Positions 20,520-34,468 of a stretch of 64,000 bases of DNA are shown here, piece after piece. A program made the translations under genes and the position numbers. The DNA comes from Amphiscolops sp. MND2022 (taxonomy: Eukaryota): positions 74,030,001-74,094,000 of the forward strand of contig OZ076409.1 in assembly GCA_964187785.1 (NCBI GenBank), written 5' to 3'. The notes under the pieces were generated by a model that worked only from the letters and a program-made list of their open reading frames with translations, had not been told where the DNA came from and searched no databases. Position 1 is the stretch's first letter, and each line of letters starts with the position of its first letter.

Positions 20520-23090
20520 CCGGGATTTCTATTCGATAAAGTATGTTGCGCGTGTGGGTAGGGTCCCTGGCGCGCTCTTGGGTATGGTGTTCACCAGCTA
20601 GGAAATAGGGGTCGATTTTTCGGGATCTCCTAAACTAGCCACACGATTTGGCTGAAATTTGGCACACGTACCCCCCTCGGCATGGTGAAGATGATTCCCT
20701 ACTAGCGTTTTGCTCGCAAAATTTTTTTTGTTGTCCAAAATAACGGTTTTTGGGGGAAAATTTTGAATTTTTTTTAAATTTTATCTTATATCTCGCCACC
20801 GGTTTACGCTAGCGCTTCAAAACCTTGCTAAGGAAAACTTGCAAACTGTCTCAGGAATGCTGTGTGAAAATTTCAGCTCAATCGGACTTAAACTTGGGGA
20901 GATATAGCGTTTTTCCGGAGCGGGGGGGTTTCATTTTTCTAACGGTCCAGCTTATCTTTGCCATTTTTTCGAAAATGCACTCGCCTAAAGGCCTCCCCTG
21001 GCCGGTTTTATTCCCAGCAAAACCATTTGGCCCTAAATACGGAGTTTCAGCGTTCCAGCATTCCCGGGCGAAAAGTTGTGGGACTTAGAAAAGTTCAAAA
21101 ATTTTCAAAAAAATTTTTTTCCGTTTTCCGCCCTCCCCCCCTAGGGGAAAAGACCCCCCAACCAGTAATTTGAGTGAATTCATGTGGAAAGGCCATGTTT
21201 AGAGGAGAAAAATGCCGTTTAGATCGTCTTTTTATCTTGGCTCAACGTTGACTTATGACGTTTTGAAGGTGATGTTTGGAGGTGTAAAGCACGTGAATAG
21301 TAAATGTTATGAGTATTTATCTGATCTGAAAGCCATTGAGATGCAACCTGGTTTGCTCAAAACGTAATTCATATCAGTTTGGTAGTCAATCAACACCCTT
21401 TGTTGTCATTTGACATCTTTTTTTGTTGATATAAGAAAAAATTTCGTGTATTTATTCATTTTTTTCTCATCAAATAACTTGAAACAGTTGAGTACATTCC
21501 ATCCCCCCCTTCCGGGGGAGATGAGAATGTACTCGCAAAAAGCCCCGAACTACGGCCCTTACCTTCCTGAGCTACGCAGTATAAAGATTGCATATTGGTT
21601 CCGACATTTTGATAGAGTTATATCTTGGTAATCTGTCTGGGTATGCAGAAAAACCAGCACGTGCTTTTTTATACCAAGTTGCTTACAACGACATTTATTT
21701 TATATCAACGCCCCCATATTTATCAACGCCCCCCGTCCGTGGGCATGCCGAGGCATGCCCTTCGACGACGTATACCAAGATATACATCGAGCGCGTTAGC
21801 CTAGGTGCCGGTGTCTTTTTACACAATGGGGGAAGTTGCGCGGTTGGGGAGGGTCCCTGACGCGCTTCCGTGAGATCAGGTTTTTCAACTAGTGAAATCG
21901 ACAAAGAAAATTGAGATCTCGTAAACTAGCCATACGATTTGGCTGAAATTTGGCACACGTACCCCCCTCGGCACGGTGAAGATGATTTCCTACTGACGTT
22001 TTTCCCGCTAAACATTTTTTGTTGACCAAAATAACGGTTTTTGGGGTAAAATTTTCAACTTTTTTTAAATTTCATCTTATATCTCGCCACGGGTACACGC
22101 TAGCGCTTCCAAACCTTGCTGACGAAAGTTTGCAAACTGTCTCAGGAATGCTGTGTGAAAATTTCAGCTCAATCGGACTTAAACTCGAGGAGATATAGCG
22201 TTTTTCCGGAGCGGGGGGGTTTCATTTTTCTAACGGTCCAGCTTATCTTTGCCATTTTTTCGAAAATGCACTCGCCTAAAGGCCTCCCCTGGCCGGTTTT
22301 ATTCCCAGCAAAACCATTTGGCCCTAAATACGGAGTTTCAGCGTTCCAGCATTTTCGGGCGAAAAGTTGTGGGACTTAGAAAATTTCAAAAATTTTCAAA
22401 AATTTTTTTTTCGTTATTTGGGCCCCCAAAGTGGGGGAAAAGACCCCCCAACCAGTAAATCAAGTGAATGCATGTGGAAAGGCCATGTTTAGAGGAGAAA
22501 AATGCCGTTTAGAACGTCTTTTTATCTTGGCTCAACGTTGACTTATGACGTTTTGAAGGTGATGTTTGGCGGTGTAAAGCAAGTGAATAGTAAACGTTAT
22601 GAGTATTTATCTGATCTGAAAGCCATTGAGATGCAATATGATTGCTCAAAACGTAATTCATTGCAGTTTGGCAATCAATAAACACCCTTTGTTGTCGTTT
22701 GACATACTTTTTTGTTGTTAAAATAAAAAATTTTGTGTATTTATTCATTTTTTTCTCATCAAATAACTTGGAACAGTTGAGTACATTCCATCCCCCCCTT
22801 CCGGGGGAGATGAGAATGTACTCGCAAAAAGCACCGAACTACGGCCCTTACCTTCCCGAGCTACGCAGTATAAGGATTACATATTGGTTCCGACATTTTC
22901 ATAGAGTTATATCTTGGTAATCTGTCTGGATATGCCGAAAAATCAGCACGTGCCTTTTAATACCAAGTTGCTCACAACGACAATTATTTTATATCAACGC
23001 CCCCATATTTATCAACGCCCCCCGTCCGTGGGCATGCCGAGGCATGCCCTTCGACGACCCGCACCAAAATATGCGTTAGCGCGGTAGCCG

Positions 23091-24380
23091 CTAGGTGCCG
23101 GGATTTCTATTCGTTCGAGTATGTGGCGCGTGTGGGTAGGGCCCCTGGCGCGCTCTTGTGTTTGGGGGTTTCCTACTTCTAAATCACGTTCAGATTTCCG
23201 GGATCTCGTAAACTATCCATACGATTTGGCTGAAATTTGGCACACGTACCCCCCTCGGCACGGTGAAGATGATTTCCTACTGACGTTTTTCCCGCTAAAC
23301 ATTTTTTGTTGACCAAAATAACGGTTTTTGGTGGAAAATTTTTGATTTTTTTTTAAATTTTATCTTATATCTCGCCACGGGTCCACGCTAGCGCTTCCAA
23401 ACCTTGCTGACGAAACCTCGCAAACTTTCTCAGGAATGCTGTGTGAAATTTTCAGCTCAATCGGACTTAAACTCGGGGAGATATAGCGTTTTTCCGGAGC
23501 GGGGGGGTTTCATTTTTCTAACGGTCCAGCTTATCTTTGCCATTTTTTCGAAAATGCACTCGCCTAAAGGCCTCCCCTGGCCGGTTTTACTCCCAAAAAA
23601 ACCATTTGGCCCTAAATACGGAGTTTCAGCGTTCTAGCATTCCGGGGCGAAAAGTTGTGGTACTTAGTAAATTTCAAAAATTTTCAAAATTTTTTTTTTC
23701 GTTATTTGGGCCCCCAAAGTGGGGGAAAAGACCCCCCAACCAGTAATTTGAGTGAATTCATGTGGAAAGGCCATGTTTAGCGGCGAAAAATGCTTTTTAG
23801 ATCGTCTTTTTATTTTAACCTGTTGTTGACTTATGTTGTTTTGAAGGTGATGTTTGGATGTGTGAAGCATGTGAAAAGGTAATTTTTTGTGTCTTTATCT
23901 CTTCTAAAAGCCATTGAGATGCAATCTGTTTTGCTCAAAACGTAATTCAATGCAATTTGGCAGTCAATGAACACAATTTGGTGTCTTTTGTTATATTTTT
24001 CTGTTGATATAATAAAAAATTTTGTGTCTTTATTATTTTTTTTTAAATAAAATAACTTGAAACAGTTGAGTACATTCCATCCCCCCTTCCGGGGGAGATG
24101 GAAATGTACTCGCTAAAAGCCGCGAACAAGAGCCCATACCTTCCTGCGCTACGCAGTATAAAGATTGCATGTTGGTTCCGACTTTTTGGTAGTGTTATAT
24201 CTTGGTAATTTGACTGAATATGGAGAAAAATCAGCAAGTGCTCTTTTATAGCAAATTGCTGACAACGACAATTTTTTTATATCAACGCCCCCATATTTAT
24301 CAACGCCCCCCGTCCGTGGGCATGCCGAGGCATGCCCTTCGACGACGTATACCAAGATATACTCCCGAGCGCGGTAGCCG
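23091..24380 (+). mobile_element. Cassette type C; near-identical copies at 42288-43576 and 48680-49968
   Basis: The copies share a start (CCGGGATTTCTATTCGTTCGAG) and an end (ATACTCCCGAGCGCGGTAGCCG). Identical spurious 77-aa translations occur at 23404, 42600 and 48992. Confidence 0.8.
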
Positions 24381-25645
24381 CTAGGTGCCGGGATTTCTAT
24401 TCGATAAAGTAAGTTGCGCGGTTGGGTAGGGCCCCGTGAGCGCGCCCGTGTCTGTGTTTTTTGAACCTGAATTTGCGGGTGCCAAAATAGACGATCTCCT
24501 AAACTATCCATACGATTTTGCTCAAATTTGGCATACGGGTTCCTGAGACAGATATAAGAACTAATTCCTACTGGCGTTTTGCCCGGAAAATTTTTTTTGT
24601 TGCGCAAACTTGAAATTTTTGACAAAAAAATGCGATTTTTTTTGAAAAATTTTTTTTGAGAGGCCATATCTTTTTTCAGGGTGCCCGGAGCGGGACGCGT
24701 TAAACTGATTATAAACTCTACGGTTCATGGGCTTTACGGAGAACCTAGGCTCGTTTCGATCGGACAAATAGTCTTGGAGATACAACGGCATTTTTTGGGA
24801 ATTTTTTGGAAATTTTTCTAACGGTCCAGCTTATCTTTGCCATTTTTTCGAAAATGTACTCGCCTAAAGGCCTCCCCTGGCCGGTTTTAATCCCAGCAAA
24901 ACCATTTGGCCCTAAATACGGAGTTTCAGCGTTCTAGCATTCCCGGGCGAAAAGTTGTGGGACTTAGAAAATTTTTTTGAAAACGCAAAATGTGTAAAGT
25001 CAACTTCAGGCCTCCCAAAGTCAAGAAACTTCCACACAACTAGGATTGCAAGTGAATGCATGTGGAAAGTACTCGAATAGAAGAGAAAAATGAGCTATTA
25101 TAAAACTCTGTAGCTTAACCTGACGTTGACTTATGACAATTTTAGTGTGAGCTTGCTGTGTGAGAAAAAAATTCAAAAATTGAAAATCGATTTAAGTCTC
25201 ATCCAAAACTCATCGGAACACGTTCAGTCCATCCCAGAGCGGTTTATTTCCAGCTCTGTAGTGCAACAACGCCATTCAAGGTCAATTGACTCATTTTTAA
25301 AGGATTTGAAATTGTCTTATTCATCCGATAGCACAAAACAGTTGAGTACATTCCATCTCCCCTCCGTGGGAGATGAGAATGTACTCGCTAAAGTCCAGAT
25401 ACCACAGCCCATATTTGTTTCTCTGCGACGCCATCTATGCTATTGCACATAACTACTAGTCTATTGACTTAATATTGCCTTCACTTTGCTATGACATATG
25501 CTAAACGTTTGGTCCTTACAACAACATACTCATGACAAACGTCAACGCCACATACTGTTACCAACGCCCACCGTCCGTGGGCATGCCGAGGCATGCCCCT
25601 CGACGACGTATGCCAAATACCTTAAAACCGACGCGCACTCTTTCG

Positions 25646-26932
25646 CTAGGTGGCCGGAAATTTTTTTTTTCATCAAAATCTTTGCCATTGGGGGAGGGGC
25701 CCCGGATGGCCAGTAGTACGGGATAGCTTCCTACCAAATCCAGATGGAAAAAACGTGATTTCGGAAACTAGCCGTCAGAATTTGCTCAAATTTTGCATAC
25801 GGCTTCCTATGACAATCCTAAGAACTAATCCCTACTGGCATTTTGCCCAAAAAACGCAAAAAGTTGGTCAAAATCTTAGTTTTTTGGTCAAAAAATGGCG
25901 TTTTTTCGAAAAAAAATTTTTTCAGAGACAATTACTCGTAACTGGTTCACCCAGCGCAAAAACGCCTAGCTGATTTATTGTTGGGCACTTCATGAGGAGT
26001 GCGTATACAAATTTTCGTCCAAATCGAATGAAAGTTGATTGAGAAATAACTGAAAATTTGAGGCATTTTTTTGGAAATTTTTGAAAACCTAGTCTATCTC
26101 TGCCGTTTTTTGCCCAGATTTTTTTCCAGGTCCTCTCCTAAAGGCCTCCCCTGGCCGGTTTACTTCCCAGAAAAACCAATTGGCCCTAAATACGGAGTTT
26201 CAGCGTTCTAGCATTCCCGGGCGAAAAGATGTGGGACTTAGAAAAAATTCAAAATTTTTCAAAATTTTTTTTTTCGTTTTCCGGCCCCCCAATGAAGGGA
26301 AACGACCCCACAACGAGGATTTTTGGTGAATTCACGTGGAAAGGCCTTGTTTTGTGGAGCAAATTGCCGTTTAGAGCGACTTTTTATCTTAACTTGACGT
26401 TGACCTCTGTCGTTTTGAATTTGATATTAGTATGTGTTGAGCATGTGAAAAGTTGATGATTTCAGTTGTTCTCTCGTGTTCAAGCCATTGAGATACAAGC
26501 GGTAGTGATCAAAATGTGATTTATCGCAATTTGGTGGTGCTTTTGGTGTATTTTGATTCTTTTAAATAAAAAGTTGTTCTTTATATATTTGGTGTATTGA
26601 TTCAAATGAACAAGAAACAGTTGAGTACATTTCATCTCCCCCCTTGTGGGGGAGATGAGGATGTACCCGCTAAATGACACGCACAATGGCCCAATTTTAT
26701 TTTTTTGCGACGTTTTCTAGGCTTTTGCGCAAGCCGACTAAAATTTAGACTGGTTTCCTTTTCTTTTACTCCAAAATTTTCCGTACTAACCACCTTACCC
26801 ACCACCAGCTCAACGTAACATCTGTAACGTCAACGCCACACACTCTCACTCACGCCCACCGTCCGTGGGCATGCCGAGGCATGCCCTTCGACGACGTATG
26901 CCAAATAGCGCCACAGGGCGCAAACTTGTCCG
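25646..26932 (+). mobile_element. Cassette type E; near-identical copy at 51236-52522
   Basis: The copies share a start (GCCGGAAATTTTT..CATCAAAATC) and an end (GGGCGCAAACTTGTCCG). Both are 1287 bp, with identical translations at 26480 and 52070. Confidence 0.8.
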
Positions 26933-28321
26933 CTAGGTGGTTGGGGCGGTCCCCAGAACGCACAAGGAGGCGCGGGGAGGGTCCTGCGCCGACGTAGAAT
27001 AATTTCATATAATACTAGTATCCTACATGGGTGTTTTAGAAGCGATTTTGGAATCTAACCGTAGGATTTGGATAATTTTTTGCATGCGGCCATAACTCAA
27101 AATTCTAAGAACTTTTTCCTACTGTCATTTTCCCCGCAAAATGTTTTTTGTTGACTTATGGCCGAAAAACCGGAAATAACGTCCTTTTTAGACGTTATAT
27201 CCGAAGTGTCGTCATAACTTTTTTCCAGGGCATGCTAGCGTTCTCGTTCACTTTTACACTTAGTTGCAGCATCTCAAAATACAACTGGTGGAAAATTTTG
27301 ATTGCATTCGGATCACCCCCCACCGAGATAGAAGGGTTCCCCCCTCCAGTTTTACCCCCCAAATTTGCGAAAAAGCCAATTTTGAGCATGAAGCCGAGGA
27401 TTTAGCGTACCCGCACCCCTCTGATGTTTTGTTGTACGTATTGGGGTCAATCGGACGACATGTGTGGTTTTCACCCCCAACCCCCCCTGGGACCGGAAAT
27501 GACACTTTTTTGTGTTTTTTGGCAGAAATTAGCCTTTTCCATTATTTGGCAGTCGTTTTAGGGACTCCTAGCAGGATATCGAAATTGAAATACAACCTGG
27601 TCACAACCCAGTGACAACATGTTGGCCATTTGGAGGTACCATCATGACCGGAAGTGGGGTCAACCCCCCTTTTTGTGACCGCTTTTTGACCTTGTGAACC
27701 AAAATGCCAACAACTTGAGGCCTAATGACGCATTCAAATCTGGACAAAGATAGAATGTTAGACAACCAAAGTCCCGGAAGATCTTTAGCATATACCGGCA
27801 GTTACCCCCCATGACCGGAAGTTACCCAATGTGACCGGAAATGGTCCAAAAATTAATGTAAAGATGAATTTTTCACTATTTCAAGACCACTTGATTGAAC
27901 ATTTTCATTCCCAAAACTAGCGTACTGGCTTGTTTTGCTGAATTTATGGAAATTGATGAGCCCTATCACCCCCGATAGCCTTCGAAGTTGACCTTGCGTC
28001 AACTTTGGGGGCTATCGATACTGAAAATGAACAACAAAGTACATTGTTGCTCTCGGTTTTTTCCCGTTGTTTTTCCTCAAACATTCTTGAGACATATACA
28101 TGGCCGTTAGTTGAAATCAATATTTAGCCCATGTTATAGCTGGAGCAGCGAAGCGTTACACAGACTAGTGTCGTTTTGAAAATTACATTGTTTAAATTAA
28201 CAACTGACCGTCTTTGTCAACTCCACACATTCATACCAACGTCCACCGTCTGTGGGCATGCCGAGGCATGCCCTTCGACGACGTATGACGAATCCACTCC
28301 AACGACACCCGCAGTCCTCAG
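26933..28321 (+). mobile_element. Divergent 1389-bp cassette (type F) with ACCGGAAr motifs and a GATAGCC-class hairpin
   Basis: Standard ends with an interior unlike the main family. The hairpin is at 27973-28017. Confidence 0.75.
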
Positions 28322-30873
28322 CTAGGTGCCGGGATTTCTATTCGATAAAGTATGTGGCGCGTGTGGGTAGGGCCCCTGGCGCGCTCTTGGGTATGGTGTT
28401 CACCAGCTAGGAAACAGGGGTCGATTTTTCGGGATCTCCTAAACTAGCCACACGATTTGGCTGAAATTTGGCACACGTACTCCCCTCGGCATGGTGAAGA
28501 TGATTCCCTACTAGCGTTTTGCTCGCAAAATTTTTTTTGTTGTCCAAAATAACGGTTTTTGGGGGAAAATTTTGAACTTTTTTTAAATTTCATCTTATAT
28601 CTCGCCACGGGTTTACGCTAGCGCTTCAAAACCCTGCTAAAGAAAGCTTGCAAACTGTCTCAGGAATGCGGTGTGAAGTTTTCAGCTCAATCGGACTTAA
28701 ACTCAGGGAGATATAGCGTTTTTCCGGAGCGGGGGGGTTTCATTTTTCTAACGGTCCAGCTTATCTTAGCCATTTTTTCGAAAATGTACTCGCCTAAAGA
28801 CCTCCCCTGGCCGGTTTTATTCCCAGCAAAACCATTTGGCCCTAAATACGGAGTTTCAGCGTTCCAGCATTCCCGGGCGAAAAGTTGTGAGACTTAGAAA
28901 ATTTCAAAAATTTTCAAATTTTTTTTTCCGTTTTCCGCCCTCCCCCCCGAGGGGAAAAGACCCCCCAACCAGTAATTTGAGTGAATTCATGTGGAAAGGC
29001 CATGTTTAGAGGAGAAAAATCCCGTTTAAATTGTCTTTTTATCTTTATTCAACGTTGACTTATGACGTTTTGAAGGTGATGTTTGGAGGTGTGAAGCACG
29101 TGAAAAGTAAACGTTATGAGTTTTTATCTGATCTGAAAGCCATTGAGATGCAACCTGTTTTGCTCAAAACGTAATTCATATCAGTTTGGTAGTCAATCAA
29201 CACCCTTTGTTGTCATTTGACATCTTTTTTTGTTGATATAAGAAAAAATTTCGTGTATTTATTCATTTTTTTCTCATCAAATAACTTGAAACAGTTGAGT
29301 ACATTCCATCCCCCCTTCACGGGGGAGATGAGAATGTACTCGCAAAAAGCCCCGAACTACGACCCTTACCTTCCTGAGCTACGCAGTATAAAGATTGCAT
29401 ATTGGTTCCGACATTTTGATAGAGTTATATCTTGGTAATCTGTCTGGGTATGCAGAAAAACCAGCACGTGCTTTTTTATACCAAGTTGCTCACAACGACA
29501 TTTATTTTATATCAACGCCCCCATATTTATCAACGCCCCCCGTCCGTGGGCATGCCGAGGCATGCCCTTCGACGACGTATACCAAGATATGTTCGAGCGC
29601 GTTAGCCTAGGTGCCGGGATTTCTATTCGATAAAGTATTTTGCGCGGTTGGGTAGGGCCCCGTGAGCGCGCCAGGGGATTGTGTTAGAACAACAAGGATT
29701 TGGGCATCAGTTGGGAGCGATTTTCTAAACTATCCGTACGATTTTGCTGAAATTTGGCACGAAGCTTCCTTGGAACATTCTAAGAACAAATCCCTACTGG
29801 CGTTTTGCTGGGAAAAATCAAAAAGTTGGTCAAAAATGCGATTTTCCGACAAAATTTTGGGGTAAAATTTTTTTGAAACGTTATATCTCGCCACAGGGTC
29901 ACGCTAGCGCCTCGCAACCTATGATCGTGTTTTGTTGGGCGTTGTCTGTAGAACACGTATGCCAAATTTGGTGGCGATCGGACTTAAACTCAGCGAGTTA
30001 GAGCGATTTTTTAGGTGAATTTTTTGACATTTTTTGCATTTGCCGATTTATCTCTGCCGTTTTTGCCCAGATTTTTTTGAGACACTCTCCTAAAGACCTC
30101 CCCTGGCCGGTTTACCTCCCAGCAAAACCATTTGGCCCTAAATACGAAGTTTCAGCTTTCTAGCAATCCCGGGCGAAAAGTTATGGGACTTAGAAAATTT
30201 TTTCGAAAACGCAAAATGTGTAAAGTCAACTTCAGGCCTCCCAAAGTCAAGGAACTTCCACACAACTTGTATTGCAAGTGAATGCATGTGGAAAGTACTG
30301 GAATGGACGAGGAAAATGAGCTATAGAACGTCTCTGTATCTTAACCTGACGTTGACTTATGGTGTTTTGAAAGTGGGCTTCCTGAGGGGTCTGAAAAGCA
30401 AAAATTAAAAATGGAAACTAAGTCTTATTGAAAACTCAGCGGATTCCGTGCAATCGACCCCAGAACGTGCTCAATTGTAGTTTCTTAATCTATCAACGCC
30501 ATTCAAGGTCTTTTGACTAATGTTGAAAAAATTGATACCGTATTATTCATCCGAGAGCACGAAACAGTTGAGTACATTCCATCTCCCTTTCGGGGGAGAT
30601 GAGAATGTACTCGCTAAAGTCCAGGTACTACAGCCCATATTTGTTTTTATGCGGCGCTCTTTATACTAGTGTGTATACGTATTAATCTTTTAACTGAATT
30701 TTCTTTTGTCTACACTTTGAGTTTGACTTGACATATACTGAAAGTTTTTGTCCTTACAACATACACATGACTTACGTCAACGCCCCATCCTTGCATCAAC
30801 GCCCACCGTCCGTGGGCATGCCGAGGCATGCCCTTCGACGACCCGCACCAAAATATACGTCGAGCGCGTTAGC

Positions 30874-33062
30874 CTAGGTGGAGGTTATTTTATAATAATT
30901 AAAGTGTTTTTTTCCGGAGTTTGTGGCTTTGGAAAAAACAAAAGGCGAGAAATTGGGCACTCCGGGCTGAACCGTATACACTCAAAATTCGCCCAATATT
31001 TATACGATCTCGAAACCCAGCCGTACGATTTGGCTGAAAATTTGCATGCGGCTAAAAAATCAGATTCTAAGAACTATTTCCTGCTGACATTTTTTTGAAA
31101 TTTTTGTGTACGTTTCCCCCCCGCCCCCTAAAGGGGTCAATTTTCCCCAATTTTGCACTTATGAGTCAATTTCTCAAAACTGGTGTATCTGAGCGTCTTC
31201 CCGGCGGGGACAACTTTTAACAAGCGCTCTTCAGTAGACCTTTTGGACTTTTTACTTTGGTAGTACGTTCACCCCCCAAGGAGGAAATGGCGTTTTTGTG
31301 ACTTCCGGTGGAGACTTTTTTCACCCAAAAAATAGAAATAAGCCAGTTTTGAGCAGGAAGGAGTGGATTTAAAGTGTCTGTACCCTGCTAAAAATTTGTT
31401 GGGCTTGTAGCGATATATCTCATACCAAGTCTGGTTTTCACCCCCAAACCCCCCTTGAGACCAAAATTCACCCAAATTGTTTTACCTCTGTTTGTAGTTT
31501 TTTTGCAAAATGTCGTCATTTCCATGGGTAAGGCGTTGAATTAGGGACTCCTAATAGGGTACCAATGTTCAAGTACACTTGCAGTGCAACTGAGTGACCC
31601 TTTTGGGGCCTCTCCTGTGTTCGGCAAGGACCGGAAGTGGTGTAAACCCCCCTTTTTTGACGTTTGTTGATCTTGAGACTCGCGCTTAGATGACGTTTAT
31701 GTCGCGCAAATCCTACAAACCAGTATTAGGATGACATGCTAGCCAACTAGAGAGCACTAAGGGAAACTATACTATACCGGAAGTAACCCCCCGTGACCGG
31801 AAGTTGTCATTTTTGACCGGAAATGGTCCAAAACATAGCGTAAAAGCAGTTTTTCATTGCTTTTAAAGTCAACTTATTACTTTTTTCACTCTGCGCGAGC
31901 GTGCCTTCAGGTTCGTTAGTGTTGCCCGTGCACACTGCAACAAATGTACATCTGTAAAATTTTCGCTATAATATCGTCGGAGAGAGAAATAACGGGTTTT
32001 TGGGATTTTTTTCAAAAATATTAGTCTTTATCTGTCATTTTTACCCAACGTTATTGAACAGTAGAACCACAGGGGTTAGTCTCTGCCCGATTATATGCCT
32101 AACAAAAGCATTTGTCCCATTGGTTGCAGTTTGAGCGTTCTAGCTTTGCCTGGTCACAAGTTAGGAGACTTGAAAAACTTTCAAAAACATTTCCGAAATT
32201 TTTTTCTAAACGTCACGTCTCCCAAAGTTAAGAAACTTCCTCACAACTAGGACTGCAAGTGAATGCATGTGGTAAGGCCTATAAATGGAAAGAAAAACTC
32301 CGTTTAGATTGTCTCTTTATCGTAACGTGACGTTAAGAGATGTTACTTTGAATGTGAGTTTGATAATGCGTCGAGAAGTAAAAGTGTGTAAATGGAACCT
32401 TTGTCTCGATAAATACCCATCGCAATACATGCGATGAACCCCAATTACCCTCAGTTTCAGTTGCTTAGTACATCAACGTCTTCCAAGGACCTTTTATCTA
32501 CTTTGAAAAGTGTCGAAATCATTATTAATATCAGTTATCAAGAAACACTTGAGTACATTCTCATCTCTCCCCATCGGGTGAGATGAGAATGTTTTTGCTA
32601 AAAGTCAGGTACTACGGCCCCCTTTTGTTTTAATACGATGCATTCTCTGCTTTAGCACACAAATATTTTATTTCGCCTGATTGTGTGTATACTCTCTGAC
32701 TTGTTGTTATAAATCTCCCGTCATTACTTTACATAAATATACACAAAAAATCATTATTGTCAACGCCACATACATTTAGACGCCCACCATTCCGTAGGTA
32801 TGTCGAGGCATACCTTTCGATTACGTATGTCAAAACGCAAACGAGATAAAACCTGCTGAAAGTCTGAAACAGTGACAAACAATTTTGACTATTTGACATA
32901 TGGTAGGTTTTAATATGGGAGTTACACATCACTGGCATTTCCCATCATTCCAGCTGACGTCCACATACCAACATCAACGCCCACCGTCCGTGGGCATGCC
33001 GAGGCATGCCCTTCGACGACGTATGCCAACTTCTGTATATCTACACTCAATTGCGGTAGCGG
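30874..33062 (+). mobile_element. 2189-bp cassette (type H) with a duplicated terminal-hairpin region; related 2179-bp unit at 37541-39719
   Basis: Both units start GAGGTTATT..AATTAAAGTGTTTTTTTCCGGAG. Each has two terminal-type hairpins (32796 and 32992; 39454 and 39650). Confidence 0.8.
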
Positions 33063-34468
33063 CTAGGTGGTCGGGTATTTTTTTTTACTCGTAGATGGCG
33101 TTTGCGAGGCTTTGGGGAGGGCCCCGTGCCGAGCCTGTACCGAAATTTACCACATACCAGAAGTGTCCGATTTAATCGAGATCTCAAAAACTAACCGTTA
33201 GAATTCTCTGAAATTTTGCATGTGGCCCCTAATCAATGAGTAATGAAAAAGTGTAGGAGTGACGGTTGCTGAAAAACTTGTCTTTGTTGCACTTTTTGCG
33301 CAATTTTTGTCGCATTGTTGCGTTTTTTATGTCATTTTCAACTTTTCAAGCAAAAAACTCATAGATGCTTTGTTCCTAGCGTATCAAGTGTGGAGCACGA
33401 AAAGTTGCAGCATCTTTGATTACGTATGCTGTGAAAATTTGGTTGCCCTCGGCTCACCCCCCACTGAGATAGAGGGGTGCTTCCGGTCTTTTTTGACCCC
33501 TAAGTTTGGGAAATTGCTAATTTTCGTAATAAAGCCGTAGATTTAGCGTGTGCACACCCTGCTGAAGATTTGTTAGGCATTATGAGATAAATCCGATGAC
33601 ATGCGTTCAGTTCACCCCCATCACCCCCTGGACCGGAAATAAACTTTTTTGTGTCCTTTCAGACCGGAAGTCTCCATTTTCAACGGTAAGGAGTCCTTGT
33701 ACGGGCAACTAGCAGGGCATCAAAATTGAAGTACAATGTGGGGTGAGCCTAGTTACCACGTGTTGACCAGTCATGGGTACCGCCTTGACCGGAAATGGGG
33801 TCAAAACCCCCCTATTGGTCGATTTTTTATCAGTTTGACTAGTGTTTGGTCCACATACAAGTCGGGTAAGTCAATTGAACCAGTGTGAGCATAAACTGCA
33901 CGTTCACTGCGTAGCCGTAAATGACACTGACAGATACCGGAAGTAACCCCCTGTGACCGGAAGTTGTCACTTTTGACCGGAAATGGTCCAAAAAACTGCG
34001 TGAAAGCAGTTTTTCATTAGTTTTAGAAGTCATTTTTTTACTTTTTCTACGCTGATTGCTTTTTTCTACTCACAAAGGTAACATCGTGCCTCGTTTGGCT
34101 AAAGTTCTGAAAAATGATCACCTTTATCACCCCCGATAGCCTTTCAAGTTGACCTTGGGTCAATCTTGAAGGCTATCTGTTCTGAAAACGAAAAATAGGA
34201 AAATTTTGTTTTTTCTTATTTCCCTTGATAATTTCCCTTAATTAATTTTGTTAAGCAAACCCTTTTGTTCAACTGAATGATCTGAAAAATGTTCAGAGGT
34301 GTCACCCTGGCAAGGATTATTTGACGTTGAAGTAAACTGAGAATGAGGGTAGTATTAGACAACATCACACACACTTACCAACGCCGACCGTCTGTGGGCA
34401 TGCCGAGGCATGCCCTTCGACGACGTATGCCAAATCTGCGCCACCCGTACTATTGAGTGCGGTAGCCG
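33063..34468 (+). mobile_element. Divergent 1406-bp cassette (type I), related to type F
   Basis: Standard ends, ACCGGAAr motifs and a GATAGCC hairpin at 34135-34177. Confidence 0.75.
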